Assembly: GCA_001275005.1 (NCBI GenBank) | Contig: JWZX01003242.1 | Coordinates: 1 to 34,624 of the forward strand | Direction: 5' to 3' | DNA: 34,624 bases | From: Chrysochromulina tobinii | Taxonomy: Eukaryota | In this document: one piece after another, positions 9,293-20,056 of the stretch | How positions within the stretch are numbered: the first letter of the stretch is position 1 | Layout: the number at the start of each line of letters is the position of its first letter | Made by a program: the position numbers and the translations under genes | Notes under the pieces: generated by a model | Told to the model about the DNA's origin: nothing | What the model saw: only the letters and a program-made list of their open reading frames with translations | Database searches by the model: none

Positions 9293-10045
9293 CTAAGCGA
9301 CGAATCTTTGGTATGTGGTCAGGTTCGGATCAAGCGCCTTGATCACCTTCCAGGCATCTGAGAGCATCGCCTCCGCCGAGCGCTCGGAGTACAGGGCAGG
9401 CTGCGTTGGCGGCTGCTGCGGCGGGGGCGCTGGGGCGATCGCGGGCACCTGTGCCGGCTGCAGCACGGGCGGCTCATTCGATGGCTGCGCTGGTGGCGTC
9501 ACCAGAACGAACGCTGCTTCCGGTATGGATAGAGGGACGGTGTTCGGCACCTGCAACGTAGGTGTTGGGGCCTGCTCCGGCCGCGTCGTCGTCGTTAGCC
9601 CAGGGTCCGTCTGAACGAAGAGCTTGCCCTTCACTTCACACGAGTGCCCCTTCTTGAACTGGCCGCACGTGTTGCATTTATTCTTGCTGGCTTTGAAGCC
9701 CTTCATCTCGGGACGAAAAGGCATGCAAATCCGAGAGTACCGGTTGCGGCACATTGCCTCGGTCCGATCGGGGAAGAGCTCCGCGATCTTATGCCAGCGC
9801 TTGCCCATCTGTTGGACTGCTGAGAAGAGTCTCTGATCTTCCTCGTATTCCCACACTTTCATCGCGGTGCTGTCCCGACCACGTCGCGCCTTGCCCCCCG
9901 GCGCCTTGTTGACGCTTACGATCGGCTCTGGCGCGGGGAATGCATTCGCGATAGGAGCCATGGGGCAGAATTGGGCCATGGAAGCCATGGTTTGAGCCGC
10001 ATCGTCTTCGATCGGGGTGCACGAGTCGAGGCTCACGGTGGTCAT
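9293..10045 (-). CDS. Single-Myb/SANT-domain protein with a C-x2-C-x6-H-x-C knuckle and a Pro/Gln-rich tail
   Basis: WEYEEDQRLFSAVQQMGKRWHKIAELFPDRTEAMCRNRY is a Myb repeat and is followed by KCNTCGQFKKGHSC. Likely ATG at 10045 (MTTVSL). Confidence 0.8.
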   Translation of the reverse strand: MTTVSLDSCTPIEDDAAQTMASMAQFCPMAPIANAFPAPEPIVSVNKAPGGKARRGRDSTAMKVWEYEEDQRLFSAVQQMGKRWHKIAELFPDRTEAMCRNRYSRICMPFRPEMKGFKASKNKCNTCGQFKKGHSCEVKGKLFVQTDPGLTTTTRPEQAPTPTLQVPNTVPLSIPEAAFVLVTPPAQPSNEPPVLQPAQVPAIAPAPPPQQPPTQPALYSERSAEAMLSDAWKVIKALDPNLTTYQRFVA

Positions 10046-10208
10046 GTGCTGCTCCAAGGATATGCGAGCAGGGAACGTGCTGCCTGGGTTAGCCGCTCGT
10101 GTGTGGTGTTTGAGGAAGAGTTTTGCGGCGCTTTTGAGCAGCTCGCTTTTATCTGAGATCTCGACACGTGGATCTTGAGTTCTAGACTCGAAAAACGGCA
10201 AAGGAGGA

Positions 10209-11420
10209 TCAAAGCCGACCGAGCACGAGCTCCACCACGACTGGACAGTGATCTGAGCCCTCGAGCTCGTGTCGATGCTGCACGTCGCGCAGCGCATCCG
10301 CGGCCATCACTGACGATGAGAGCAGGAAATAGTCGAGTCGGAGTCCGCGATTACGCGGGCGGTTGCGCGCCCGCTGGCTCCAGTACGTGTACTGACCGGT
10401 CGCGTGCGGATGGCAGCTCCGAAACGCATCCGTCATAAAGAGCGGCGCCTCCGCGTAGCGACGCATCGAGGCGCGCTCCTCGGCAGTCGTGCCCGCCTGC
10501 TTGGCCATGCGCAACTCGTCTGGGTTGAAAAAGTCGGCATCGCCCACGGCCACATTGAAATCGCCGCCCGCGCACACGTGCTGCGCGCGTCGCGCGCTGC
10601 CTGCTGCGCTCGGCGGCGCTTGCTGCGCGCGCAGCAGCGCCGCGCGGAATTGGCCGTCCCAGCCGTCGTCGGATGTGCGGTACTTGAGGCGCTGCAGCTC
10701 CGCGCCCGAGTTGGGCGTGTACACGTTGACGACAGCGAGCTGGGCGCTGGGCGAGAGCGGCAGCTGGAGCAGTAGAGTGCGCCCCTCGCGATCGGCCTCG
10801 TGCCCAGGGTCAACAGTGAGTGGCGTGCAGATCGCCGCGTCGGCTACCGTTGCGCCAAGACCGCGCCCGCCAGTCCACAGGGTAGCCACGCCGGCGTAGC
10901 CGAGCCGCGCCGTCGAAGAGGCCCACGCGGCGCGCCACGGCATCGAGGTCCCGGTGCTCAGCACGTCGAGCAGCTCGGCTTCGACGCTGGCGACATGCAT
11001 CTCCTGCAGCTTCGTCTCCTGGAGCAGCACCACGTCGCAGTCCGTGGCGAGGCGGCGCAGCGAGTCGACGCCGCGCTCGTTGCGCAGCAGCGCACGCAAA
11101 CCGGCAACGTTCCACGTGGCAAGGCGCACACAAGGAGTGGTGACTGGCGACGCCCGCGGAGTGGCGTCACGAGGGATGCTGGCGATGGAGGAGACGGCGA
11201 CGGCTGGCGCGGAAGGAGCTGCAGCGGAAGGACGCGCGTTCTCCGGGACGGGCACGCCGGCCGATGCCAGTCGCTGGAGAAGCACGGTTTTGCTGCCGGA
11301 AACGGGTAGCCCACGCGAGCGGAGGAGAGCCTGAAGGTCTTTCATGGTGACCATCGGGCCCCGATCGCACGGGATTGACGAATCCCTGAACTTAGGTGCA
11401 CATGAAGCCCGCAATGACAT
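10209..11420 (-). CDS. AP endonuclease / exonuclease III family with an N-terminal SAP domain (plant ARP-like)
   Basis: SAP: MKDLQALLRSRGLPVSGSKTVLLQRL. ExoIII motifs: TWNVAGLRA, LQETKL, GYAGVA, EGR, NVYTPNSG, GDFNVA, YTYWS, GLRLDYFL and SDHCP. The start could be 11420 or 11354. Confidence 0.9.
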   Translation of the reverse strand: MSLRASCAPKFRDSSIPCDRGPMVTMKDLQALLRSRGLPVSGSKTVLLQRLASAGVPVPENARPSAAAPSAPAVAVSSIASIPRDATPRASPVTTPCVRLATWNVAGLRALLRNERGVDSLRRLATDCDVVLLQETKLQEMHVASVEAELLDVLSTGTSMPWRAAWASSTARLGYAGVATLWTGGRGLGATVADAAICTPLTVDPGHEADREGRTLLLQLPLSPSAQLAVVNVYTPNSGAELQRLKYRTSDDGWDGQFRAALLRAQQAPPSAAGSARRAQHVCAGGDFNVAVGDADFFNPDELRMAKQAGTTAEERASMRRYAEAPLFMTDAFRSCHPHATGQYTYWSQRARNRPRNRGLRLDYFLLSSSVMAADALRDVQHRHELEGSDHCPVVVELVLGRL

Positions 11421-11482
11421 CGAAGTTCGTAATAAATCCTCAGACTTGCTGTTCAACACAACGCGCGCGCGATGACCGAATC

Positions 11483-11528
11483 GTGCGTGTCCCGGCTCCC
11501 CCCTGCTCCCCCCGGTGTCTTTTTACCG
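11483..11528 (+). promoter_or_regulatory. Dispersed motif copy 2, in the divergent intergenic region between the AP endonuclease and eIF5B
   Basis: GTGCGTGTCCCGGCTCCCCCCTGCTCCCCCCGGTGTCTTTTTACCG ends ~78 nt upstream of the eIF5B ATG. The regulatory role is inferred. Confidence 0.55.
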
Positions 11529-11605
11529 AGATCGTGGCGCACACACGCACCGCGCAATCGCACGCGCCCAGTTGCGCTGCGCAGTGCAGAGCGCGGACAA
11601 CCGAA

Positions 11606-14600
11606 ATGCCGCCCAAGAAAAAGAAGAACAAGGACGACGATTGGGAGGCCGAAGCCGAGGCTCTCGCTGCCGAAAACGACGGCACCGCACCGCCATCGGC
11701 CTCTGCCGCAGCGGGCGATGATGACGACGACGCCGGAACAAAGCCGGCTAAAAAGGTGTGTGCCTCCTAGCCTGCCACAATCGTACTGAGGGGCTCCCAT
11801 TCGTCGCGCGTGCGCCTCATGTTCCTTATGGTAGCCTCTCTGCATCGCGTTGGACAGGATAAGAAGAAGAAAGGGAAGGGCAAGGGAGATGACGACGATG
11901 ACGAGCCTGCGCCACCGAAGCCCGCTGCTGCAGCGGATGATGATGACGACGACGACGATCGTGGCAAGAAGAAGAAGGACAAGATCGGCGGAAAGAAGGG
12001 CAAAGCTGCTGCCGCTGCCGCAGACGAGGAGGAGGACGACGACGACTTTGACTTCGGCAAGAAGAAGGGGAAGAAGGGCAAGGGCAAGAAGGGTAAGGGC
12101 GACGATGACGACGAGGAGTGGGAGAAGGTGGAGAAGGTGGAGAAGTCGGCGCCGCCGCCCCCGAGCGCCGAAGCGGACGAGGATGATGACGAGGACTTTG
12201 GAGGGAAGAAGAAGGGTAAGAAGGAGAAGAAGGGCTCCAAAGTCAAGGGGAAGGGCAAGGAAGACGACGACGGCGAAGACGAGCCAGCAGCGCCGGCGGC
12301 GCCAGTCGCGAGCGGCGGTGGCGCGCGCGGGCTGATCGTGGCGCTGGTGGTGGACGTGCGCAAGCATCCAGACCCAAAGATGACCAAGGCGAGCGTGTGC
12401 ACGGTGGACGCGGGTGATCGCGGCAGCGTCGAGGTCGTTTGCAATGCGACCAACCTCCAGCCGGGCATCACCACCGTGCTCGCGCCTCTGGGAGGCGCGG
12501 TGGCGACACCCAAGGGTCTGCCGATGGAGATCAAACCCATCTCGATCCGCGATGTGCCGAGCGAAGGGATGCTGTGCGGCCTCGGCGAGATCGGGCTGTG
12601 CAAGGCCGGTGAGCCTTTCCCCACAGAGGTGGTGCTGCTCAGCGACGACCTAGAACCAGGCACGCCCTTCGAGTCGGCCATGCTGCAAGGGGCGGCGCCC
12701 GCGGCGCACGAGAAAGCTGCCGCCGCCAAGGCGGCGGGCAAGGGCGCCAAGCCGGACAAGGCGGATGCAAAGGAGCCCAAGGGCAGCGGCGGGGGCAAGA
12801 AGAAGAAGAAGGGAGGTAAGATGGAGTGGGAGGAGGAGGAAGAGGATGTGGACGCTCACGGCAACATTAAGGGGCTGATTGCTTACTCCGATGAGGAGAT
12901 CGACGAGCAGCCGCCTCCAAAGCCTGCCTCCCCCGAGCCGCCGTCGGCCGCCGTAGCAGGCGATAGCGCCGACTCTCGGCTCGACGCTCCGCTGCGCGCG
13001 GCGCTGAATGGGTTCGAGGCGTCCGTGGGGGCGACGCTCGCTGAGAATGACGTGTGCACGCTCGCAGACGCTCAAGACCTGAGCGCCGACGATCTCAAGG
13101 ACCTCGGCTTTTCGGTGGGCATCAAGAATCGGCTGCTCAAAGCCTTTGCTGCTGCAGGCGCCGGAGCGCCTGCCGCCAAGGAGGAGGAGAAGGAGGAGGC
13201 GAAGCCGAAGCCTGCACTCAAGGCGGCCGGCGCGTCGAAGCCCTCAGCGTCGGCCATGGCGGCAGCATTAGGGATGGAAGAGGACGACGAGGAGGAGGAG
13301 ACACCGTCGCCTCCGCCCAAGAAGGACGCTGCCAAACCGTCAGCGGCCGCGATGGCCGCCGCACTCGGGATGCAGGACGAGGACAATGAGGACGAGGGCG
13401 AGGACGAGGAAGACGACGCTCAAGACGGCGCTCCTGCGGGGAGTACGAAGGAGCAGATCGATGCCCTTTGCGAGTGGCTCGAGACTACAGGAGTGCCGTC
13501 ACAGTACGCACAGCAGTACGCTGAGGCACTGGGCAGCGCCGGGCATGCCTCAGCCTGACGCGCTCCGCTCCGCCGCGCCGACCGTCAATGCCCTCATCGC
13601 CCTTGGCTTGCGCCGCGGGCATGCCTGCCTGTTGAGCAGGCAGGTCGGCACCGGCGCCAGCGCAGCGGCGACAGAGGCGGCGACGGAGCAGCTTCGCGAG
13701 TTGCACGCATGGCTTCTCTCGCTCGCAATCGGCGAGGCCGACGCCACCGTGTACGCGCCCAAGCTGCTCGAGGCGTACTCGTCTTTGGCTGTGCTGCTGG
13801 AGGATGACGCATCCCGCGCTTCGTTTAGCCGCCTAGGCCTCAAGCGTGGCCATGCGGGGTTACTGCTCGTCCACATGCCCAATGCGATCTCGCCCGAGGC
13901 GGCGGCTGAAGCGGCCGCCGCCGAGCAGGCGAGCATGGCCGTGCCCATTTTTGACTTTGGGCCGACCCGGCTTGCACTGCGCGGTCCGACGAGCCTGCGC
14001 TTCCGGGCGGACATCGAGCTGCCGCTCTTCGATTTCACAGCCATGACGGCGGCGGAGGAAGCGACGAGCGAGACGAAGACGAAGTCCAAGAAGGTGGACG
14101 ACGACGACGACGGCGGCGACGGCGATTTTGACTTTGGCGCGAAGAAGAAGAAGGACAAGAAGGCTAAGGAGGAGAAGAAGCAGGAAGAGGTGGACGCCGA
14201 GGCCGAGGCGGTGGGCTTTGACTTTGGCGCGGCCAAGAAGACGAAGAAGAAGCCCAAGGAAGGAGAGGCTGCCGAAGAGGCCGACGACGCTGCCGACTTA
14301 CGCCTTCGGCTCCAAGAAAGAGAAGAAGGACAAGAAGCCCACGGACAAGGAGGAGGAGGCCGAGGCGGACGCTGACTTTGACTTTGGCTCCAAGAAGAAG
14401 TCCAAGTCGAAGGACAAGGACACCAAGGACAAGGACGCCAAGGACGCCAAGGACAAGGAGGGTAAGAAGGGTAAGGAGGGTAAGGACAAGGAGGGTAAGG
14501 AAGGTAAGGAGGCAAAGAAGACAAAGAGCGCCGAGGAGCTGGCCAAGGAGAAGGCGGAGATGGATGCGCTGCTGGCGGAGCTCGATGCACCCGAGGTGGA

Positions 14601-17600
14601 GATGGCGCCCGAGCTCGCCTTCTCGCTCGGCAACGTGGGCAAAGCCGAGGATGGCGAGATGCCCGAGACCGAGAGCGGCGAGGGATCGGCGGCGGCTGGC
14701 GTGGGCGGTGACGCGTCCAAGGCCGGTGGCGGCGAAGGGACGCCGTCCGGAGGCGGCAAGGGCAAGAAGGGCAAGAAGGGCAAAGGCAAGGGGAAGGTCG
14801 AGGAGGAGGACGATGACGACGCGCTGCTCGCGGCAGCGATGGCCGAGCGAGCGGCGATCACGGGCGAGGATCTGAATGCCAAGAATGACAAGAAGAAAAA
14901 GAAGAAGAACAAGCAGGGAGGGGGCGAGGAGGGGGCGCTGCCGAGGATGCGCCTGCCAAGGAGGGGGATGCGCCTGCCATGGAGGGGGATGGGCCTGCCG
15001 ATGGGGACGCGGCGGCCAAAGAGACTGAGGCTGGCGGTGCAGACGAGGCGGGTGGTGATGAAGACGGCGACGAGGGCGACGAGGGCGAGGGCGGCGGAAA
15101 GCTCACCAAGGCGCAGAAGAAGAAGCTCAAGGCGAAGGAGAAGAAGAAGCAGGAGGCCGAGGCTGGCGAGGACGGCAAGAAGAAGGACGACGGGAAGAAG
15201 CGACCCAACTCGAAGATTGCCGAGAAGCTGCGCGAGGAGCAAGCTCGGCGTGCGCTCGAGGAGAAGGCGGCGATCACGGCGGCGGAGCTCCTCGATGAGG
15301 CGACGCGCCTCTTCAAGTGCATCGACGTGCTCAACCTGGGTGAGAAGGCGCTCAAGAGGCTCGATAGTGCCGAGGTGAGCGCCGATGTCGTCGAGCTCGT
15401 CGCGCGCGGCGCCCAGGCCCTCGAGGACTTCCCCGGCTTCGAGTCGATCACGAAGATCGACGCGATCATCGCGCAGCTGCAGCTCAGGATGGATAACTTT
15501 CTCAAGCTCGAAGAGCGCCGTCGTATCAAGCGCGAGAAGGAGAAGGCGAAGAAGGAGGAGTTGCGCGCCGCGGGCCTGCTGCTGAGCGCCAAGGAGAAAG
15601 AGAAGCTCAAGAGGCAGGAAGCCTTCCTCGCGTCGCTCGGCAAGACGGACGAGGGCGCCGACGCCCATGCAGAGGACGGCGAGACGGTCAAGAAGAAGGT
15701 GGTCTACGAGAAGCGGAAGAAGAAGCCCACGAAGTACGAGGGCGCCGAGGCCGACGGGGCCGATGGGGCCGACGGGGCTGATGGGGCTGACGGGGCCGGG
15801 GAGGCCGACGAGGCCGACGAGGGTGCGCCCGAGGCCGGGGAGGGTAATGGCGCCGCGGCGGCTGAGGAGACGAAGGAGACTGCGGCGCTGGCGGCTTCGG
15901 GCGCGGTGGAGGAGATGGAGGAGGAGTGGGACGAGATTGACGAGCAGCAGCTGCTGGCCAAGGCGAATCTGGACGTCGGCGACGAGGACGATGAGGATGA
16001 TGAGGAGGAGTTCGTCGCCGCGCCGGGCGAGCTCTCTTCCACGCTCGCGGCCCTTGCGGCGAGCAACGAGGCGGCCAAGGTGCAGGCCGAGAAGCGCAAG
16101 GAGGAAGTGATGGATAAGTTGATGAATATGAAGAAGAAGGACAAGGATGAGTCGGAGAGCGACGAGGACGATGAGGATGACGAGGACGAGGACGAGGACG
16201 ATGAGAGCGAGGAGGATGAGGTAGCAGCGGGCAAGGCGGCCGCGAGGGAGACGCGCGCGGAGCGGATGCGCTCGGCGGTGGAGGCGCGCACGCCCGACAG
16301 GCTGCGCTCGAGCATCGTGTGCATCATGGGCCACGTAGACACGGGTAAGACGAAGCTGCTCGACAACATCCGCCGCACTAACGTTCAAGAGGGCGAGGCG
16401 GGCGGCATCACACAGCAGATCGGCGCGTCCTTCTTTCCCGCCGAGACGCTGCGCGAGCGCATGGGGTCACTCGTCGAGAAGAAGAACATCACCGTCAAGG
16501 TGCCGGGGCTCATGATCATCGACACCCCCGGCCACGAGTCCTTCTCCAACCTGCGCTCTCGCGGCTCGTCGCTGTGCGACCTCGCGATCGTTGTGGTGGA
16601 CATTATGCACGGGCTGGAGCCGCAGACGATCGAGTCGCTCACCATGCTCCGCTCCAAGAAGACGCCGTTTGTCATCGCGCTCAATAAGGTCGACCGGCTG
16701 TATGGCTGGTCGACGGTCAAAGATCGGCCGTTCATCGAGTCGCTCGAAGTGCAACCAGAAGGGACGCGGAGCGAGTTTGAATCGCGCGCGAGCCAGGTGC
16801 TGCTCCAGCTCGCGGAGCAAGGGCTCAACGCGGAGCTCTACTACAAGAACAAGGACTTCAAGGAGTACGTGTCGCTCATCCCGACGTCCGCGATCACGGG
16901 CGAGGGCGTGCCTGACATCCTGATGATGCTCGTGCTGCTCTCGCAGAAGATGCTCGTCGACCGTGTGATGTGGTGCCCCGAGGTGCAGTGCACCGTACTC
17001 GAGGTCAAAGTGATCGAGGGCCTCGGCACCACCGCGGATGTGATCCTCGCCAACGGCACGCTCAAACGCGGCGACCAGATCGTCATGTGTGGCTTCTCGG
17101 GGCCCGTAGTCACGCGCGTGCGCGAGCTGCTCACACCCAGGCCGTTGCGAGAGATGCGCGTGAAGACCGACTACCTGCACCACGAGAGCATCGATGGCGC
17201 GATGGGCATCAAGATCTGCGCAAATAACCTTGAAGGAGTCGTCGCGGGCTCGGCGTGCCTCGTGCCGTACAAGGACGTGCCGTACGACCTCGAGGTGCTC
17301 AAGGAGGACGTGATGAGCGACCTGAGCCAGCTCGCCAAGGCCGCATCGGAGGTCAACGGCGGTGTCGGCGTGTACGCGATCGCGTCGACACTAGGCTCGC
17401 TCGAGGCGCTGCTTGAGTTCCTAAAAACGTCCAAAATCCCGGTGAGCGCGGTCAACATTGGGCCCATCCATAAGAAGGACGTGATGAAGGCGTCGATCAT
17501 GCACCAGTTCAAGTCCGAGTATGCGACCATCCTCGCCTTTGACGTGAACTTGACTAAGGAGGGTGCTGACATGGCCAAGGAGCTCAACGTGCGCATCTTC

Positions 17601-18125
17601 ACCGCCGAGATCATCTATCACCTCTTCGACCAGTTCACCGCGTACATGGCCGATGTGCGCAAGGCGCAGCAGGCGGCGGCCGCCCTCACCGCCGTCTTCC
17701 CATGCGTCTGTCAGATCTCGTCGCCCGAGCACGTCTGGTGCCGCGGCGGCGGCGGCGACCCAATCCTTGTGGGGATGGACGTCAAGGAAGGCACCTTGCG
17801 CGTAGGCACGCCCATCTGCGTCGAGCGCAAAGGCCAAAAGGACCCGACGACCGGCTTGCAGGCCTATCTCGACATCGGTCGCGTCATCGGCATCGAGATC
17901 AACCGGAAGCAGGTCAACATGGTGAAGGTAGGTCAGTCGGCCGCCGTCAAGATCGATGCCGTTACCACAGTCCAATTCGGCCGCCACTTTGACCACACAT
18001 ATGAGATGTACTCGCACGTCACGCGCCCCTCGATCGACGCACTCAAGGAGTTCTTCCGCGAGGATCTCGTCAATGAGGACCTCCAACTGCTCGTGCGATT
18101 GAAGAAGCAGTTTGGTGTACTCTGA
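11606..18125 (+). CDS. EIF5B: Eukaryotic translation initiation factor 5B with a very long N-terminal extension (tRNA-binding OB fold, 3 SAM-like domains); intron 11756-11857; frame breaks near 13550, 14300 and 14925
   Basis: G domain (CIMGHVDTGKTKLLD, GEAGGITQQIGA, DTPGHESF, NKVD, SAITGEG) plus domains II-IV (ASTLGSLEALLEFL, IIYHLFDQF, SIDALKEFFR) are unambiguous. The N-terminus MPPKKKKNKDDDWE is typical of eIF5B and is joined by a phase-0 intron GTGTGT..ACAG. Joining the four reading segments into one gene is inferred. Confidence 0.85.
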
Positions 18126-18349
18126 GGCGCTGGAGAGTGAGCGAGGACTCATTGATGAGATACTTGTGAGATCGAAACAGATCGAAAGCTCCACAAGCAG
18201 GCCCCAGCGGAAGGCACGTCTGAAGGTGCAGCGTCGCGCGCGGCTGGAGCGACGCGTGGTGTGGTGAGGCGGGCATGAACTAACTAGTGCATTCACGAAC
18301 CAAACTGACCTTTTCACTGGCTTTCACAGATACATTTTCCAAGTTTATC

Positions 18350-20056
18350 ATGGCGCCTTACCTCTCCATCTCCGTCCGAGCGTCTGGCAGTCCATATGCG
18401 AAGGCACGCGTGATTGATGCCGTGCAAAGCGGTTTGAACGTCGTTGCCCTGGGTTGCTCCATCACCTCCAAGTTCGGAGGCTGCTTCGGCAAAGGCTGCA
18501 TGCGCATCCCCGGCGACTCGCACCTTGAGTGTTCAGGCAAGTACAATTGCAAACGCCGAGGCTTCCTCTACGACTTCATGCGCAATATCAATCAATCGAA
18601 CCCTCATCCTGAGCACGCCCTATACAACTATGCAAGGGGAGGCAGCGGTGGTGGGCACGAGGCAGCATGCATCAGGTCTTATGTAGTTGACGGCCGAACA
18701 GATCTGGTGCTTTTGGACTTTGCTATCACCATGGATAACATTGCTGATATTGTGCGAGTACATCACGTGTTGCTGGCCCAGTTGGCAATGTTCCAACGGC
18801 CGCCAGCAGTGGTGCTCCTGCTGAATTATTATTGGTGCCTACGCGATGACGGCATGCCTGCCAACCTCAAACGCGAAGGGAGTACAGGAAATCGTAGCGA
18901 GCAGGTCGGCTGGTGTACGCGAGGTGACGACCGGCTAAAAATGCACCAGGCGCAGCACGAGCTGCAAGACCGTCTCTCACAGCTCGCCGCCAGCTGCGGT
19001 TCCGCCGCCCTTTCCGTGTTCCATTCGCTTGCGCCGCGTGTGGCCTCGGGTGAGTTACGCGTTTCCGATCTGACACGCGATGGCTATCACCCGCTATCTC
19101 CTGAGCGCCGAGATCGAGATCCAATCGTCGGCGCCTGGACAGACAGCCTGACCGCATGGTTTGAAGGCGTGGTGCACGTCCCGGCCGCACTAGTCTCGCC
19201 CTCGGCACGAGTCGCGAGAAGCGGCGATGCGGCCTCAAAGCCCTTCCAGGAGTGCGACTTGGCAGGCTCGAGGTGCGGCCTGCCAAGTCTGAGGTGCGAT
19301 CTGCCTGGTGCATCGCTGCCACGTGCCAGTCAAGGCAGTGATACACCGCCTGATGCGCCGTCGGCTTGCTACGGCGCCGATTTTCACCTACCAAAGCCGA
19401 GCTTCGAAGCATTAGATGGGTGGCAGCTCTCTAGGAACACGTCACCAACAACGGGTCCTTTCGGAAGCAGGGCTGGTGCCTCCCGGACGTTTGGGTGGGT
19501 GAGCACACGCGAAGGCGCGCGACTGGCTTTCAGCTTACCACGTGCTGTCGTCGGCCCAATCGCGCTCGAGCTCTTCTTCGTGCACAGTTACGAGCACGCC
19601 GGGAGCCTCGTCGCGAGCTGTGAGTACCGGTGTATGTGCACGCCGCTGCGATACACCACGCGCTGGCACAAGACGTACAGCGGAGTCGCCAAGGCTCCAC
19701 TGCTCGAGGTCGACATTGGCCCGGAGCCGCCGGAGCCACCGAACACCCACCGATCGAACTCCACGTGCATCATTGAACTGCGTGCGGTTTCGAGCGAATG
19801 GGTTAAGCTCGACTCGATGATGTGGCGTGCCAGGCATGCAGTGTCTAGAATTCGGGGCAGCGCGGCCGCGGGGCACCCGATTGGGCACCCGAGACCCGCC
19901 TCACGCCTCTTTGCTCTGGCGCGACACCGCGTGGGCGCGGACCCTCGGGACCGAGCTCGCGATGCGACGCGCGCGGGCCTGGCCCTGGGGCCTAGCGGTA
20001 GCGGTAGCGGCGGTAGCGCACCGTCACTCGGTTCGATCCCCCGAGCCCGACGATAA
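18350..20056 (+). CDS. SGNH/GDSL-type hydrolase domain protein
   Basis: Block I VVALGCSIT, block II NYARGG, DLVLLDFA and block V DGYHP, followed by a C-terminal GWV...HSYE...C..RC.C region. ATG at 18350. The last ~60 codons look low-complexity and may not be real. Confidence 0.7.
   Translation: MAPYLSISVRASGSPYAKARVIDAVQSGLNVVALGCSITSKFGGCFGKGCMRIPGDSHLECSGKYNCKRRGFLYDFMRNINQSNPHPEHALYNYARGGSGGGHEAACIRSYVVDGRTDLVLLDFAITMDNIADIVRVHHVLLAQLAMFQRPPAVVLLLNYYWCLRDDGMPANLKREGSTGNRSEQVGWCTRGDDRLKMHQAQHELQDRLSQLAASCGSAALSVFHSLAPRVASGELRVSDLTRDGYHPLSPERRDRDPIVGAWTDSLTAWFEGVVHVPAALVSPSARVARSGDAASKPFQECDLAGSRCGLPSLRCDLPGASLPRASQGSDTPPDAPSACYGADFHLPKPSFEALDGWQLSRNTSPTTGPFGSRAGASRTFGWVSTREGARLAFSLPRAVVGPIALELFFVHSYEHAGSLVASCEYRCMCTPLRYTTRWHKTYSGVAKAPLLEVDIGPEPPEPPNTHRSNSTCIIELRAVSSEWVKLDSMMWRARHAVSRIRGSAAAGHPIGHPRPASRLFALARHRVGADPRDRARDATRAGLALGPSGSGSGGSAPSLGSIPRARR

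Noticed and set aside
10209..11420. LINE retrotransposon endonuclease
   Set aside because: The motifs and SAP domain match cellular ExoIII/ARP, and no reverse transcriptase follows.
12329..12670. Stand-alone phenylalanyl-tRNA synthetase beta gene
   Set aside because: Only the OB-fold is present. The B3/B4, B5 and catalytic-like domains are absent and the flanks are eIF5B-type charged sequence.
14298..16388. 696-aa minus-strand ORF
   Set aside because: Antisense shadow of the biased eIF5B codons, with no domain signal.
11606..18125. eIF5B pseudogene
   Set aside because: The GTPase core and domains II-IV are intact with strong codon bias. The breaks are confined to low-complexity sequence and look like consensus errors.
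18152..18178. Hammerhead-ribozyme-like string TTGATGA-GAT..ATC-GAAAC after the eIF5B stop
   Set aside because: The core should be CTGATGA, stem II is only 3 bp, and I could not build stems I and III.
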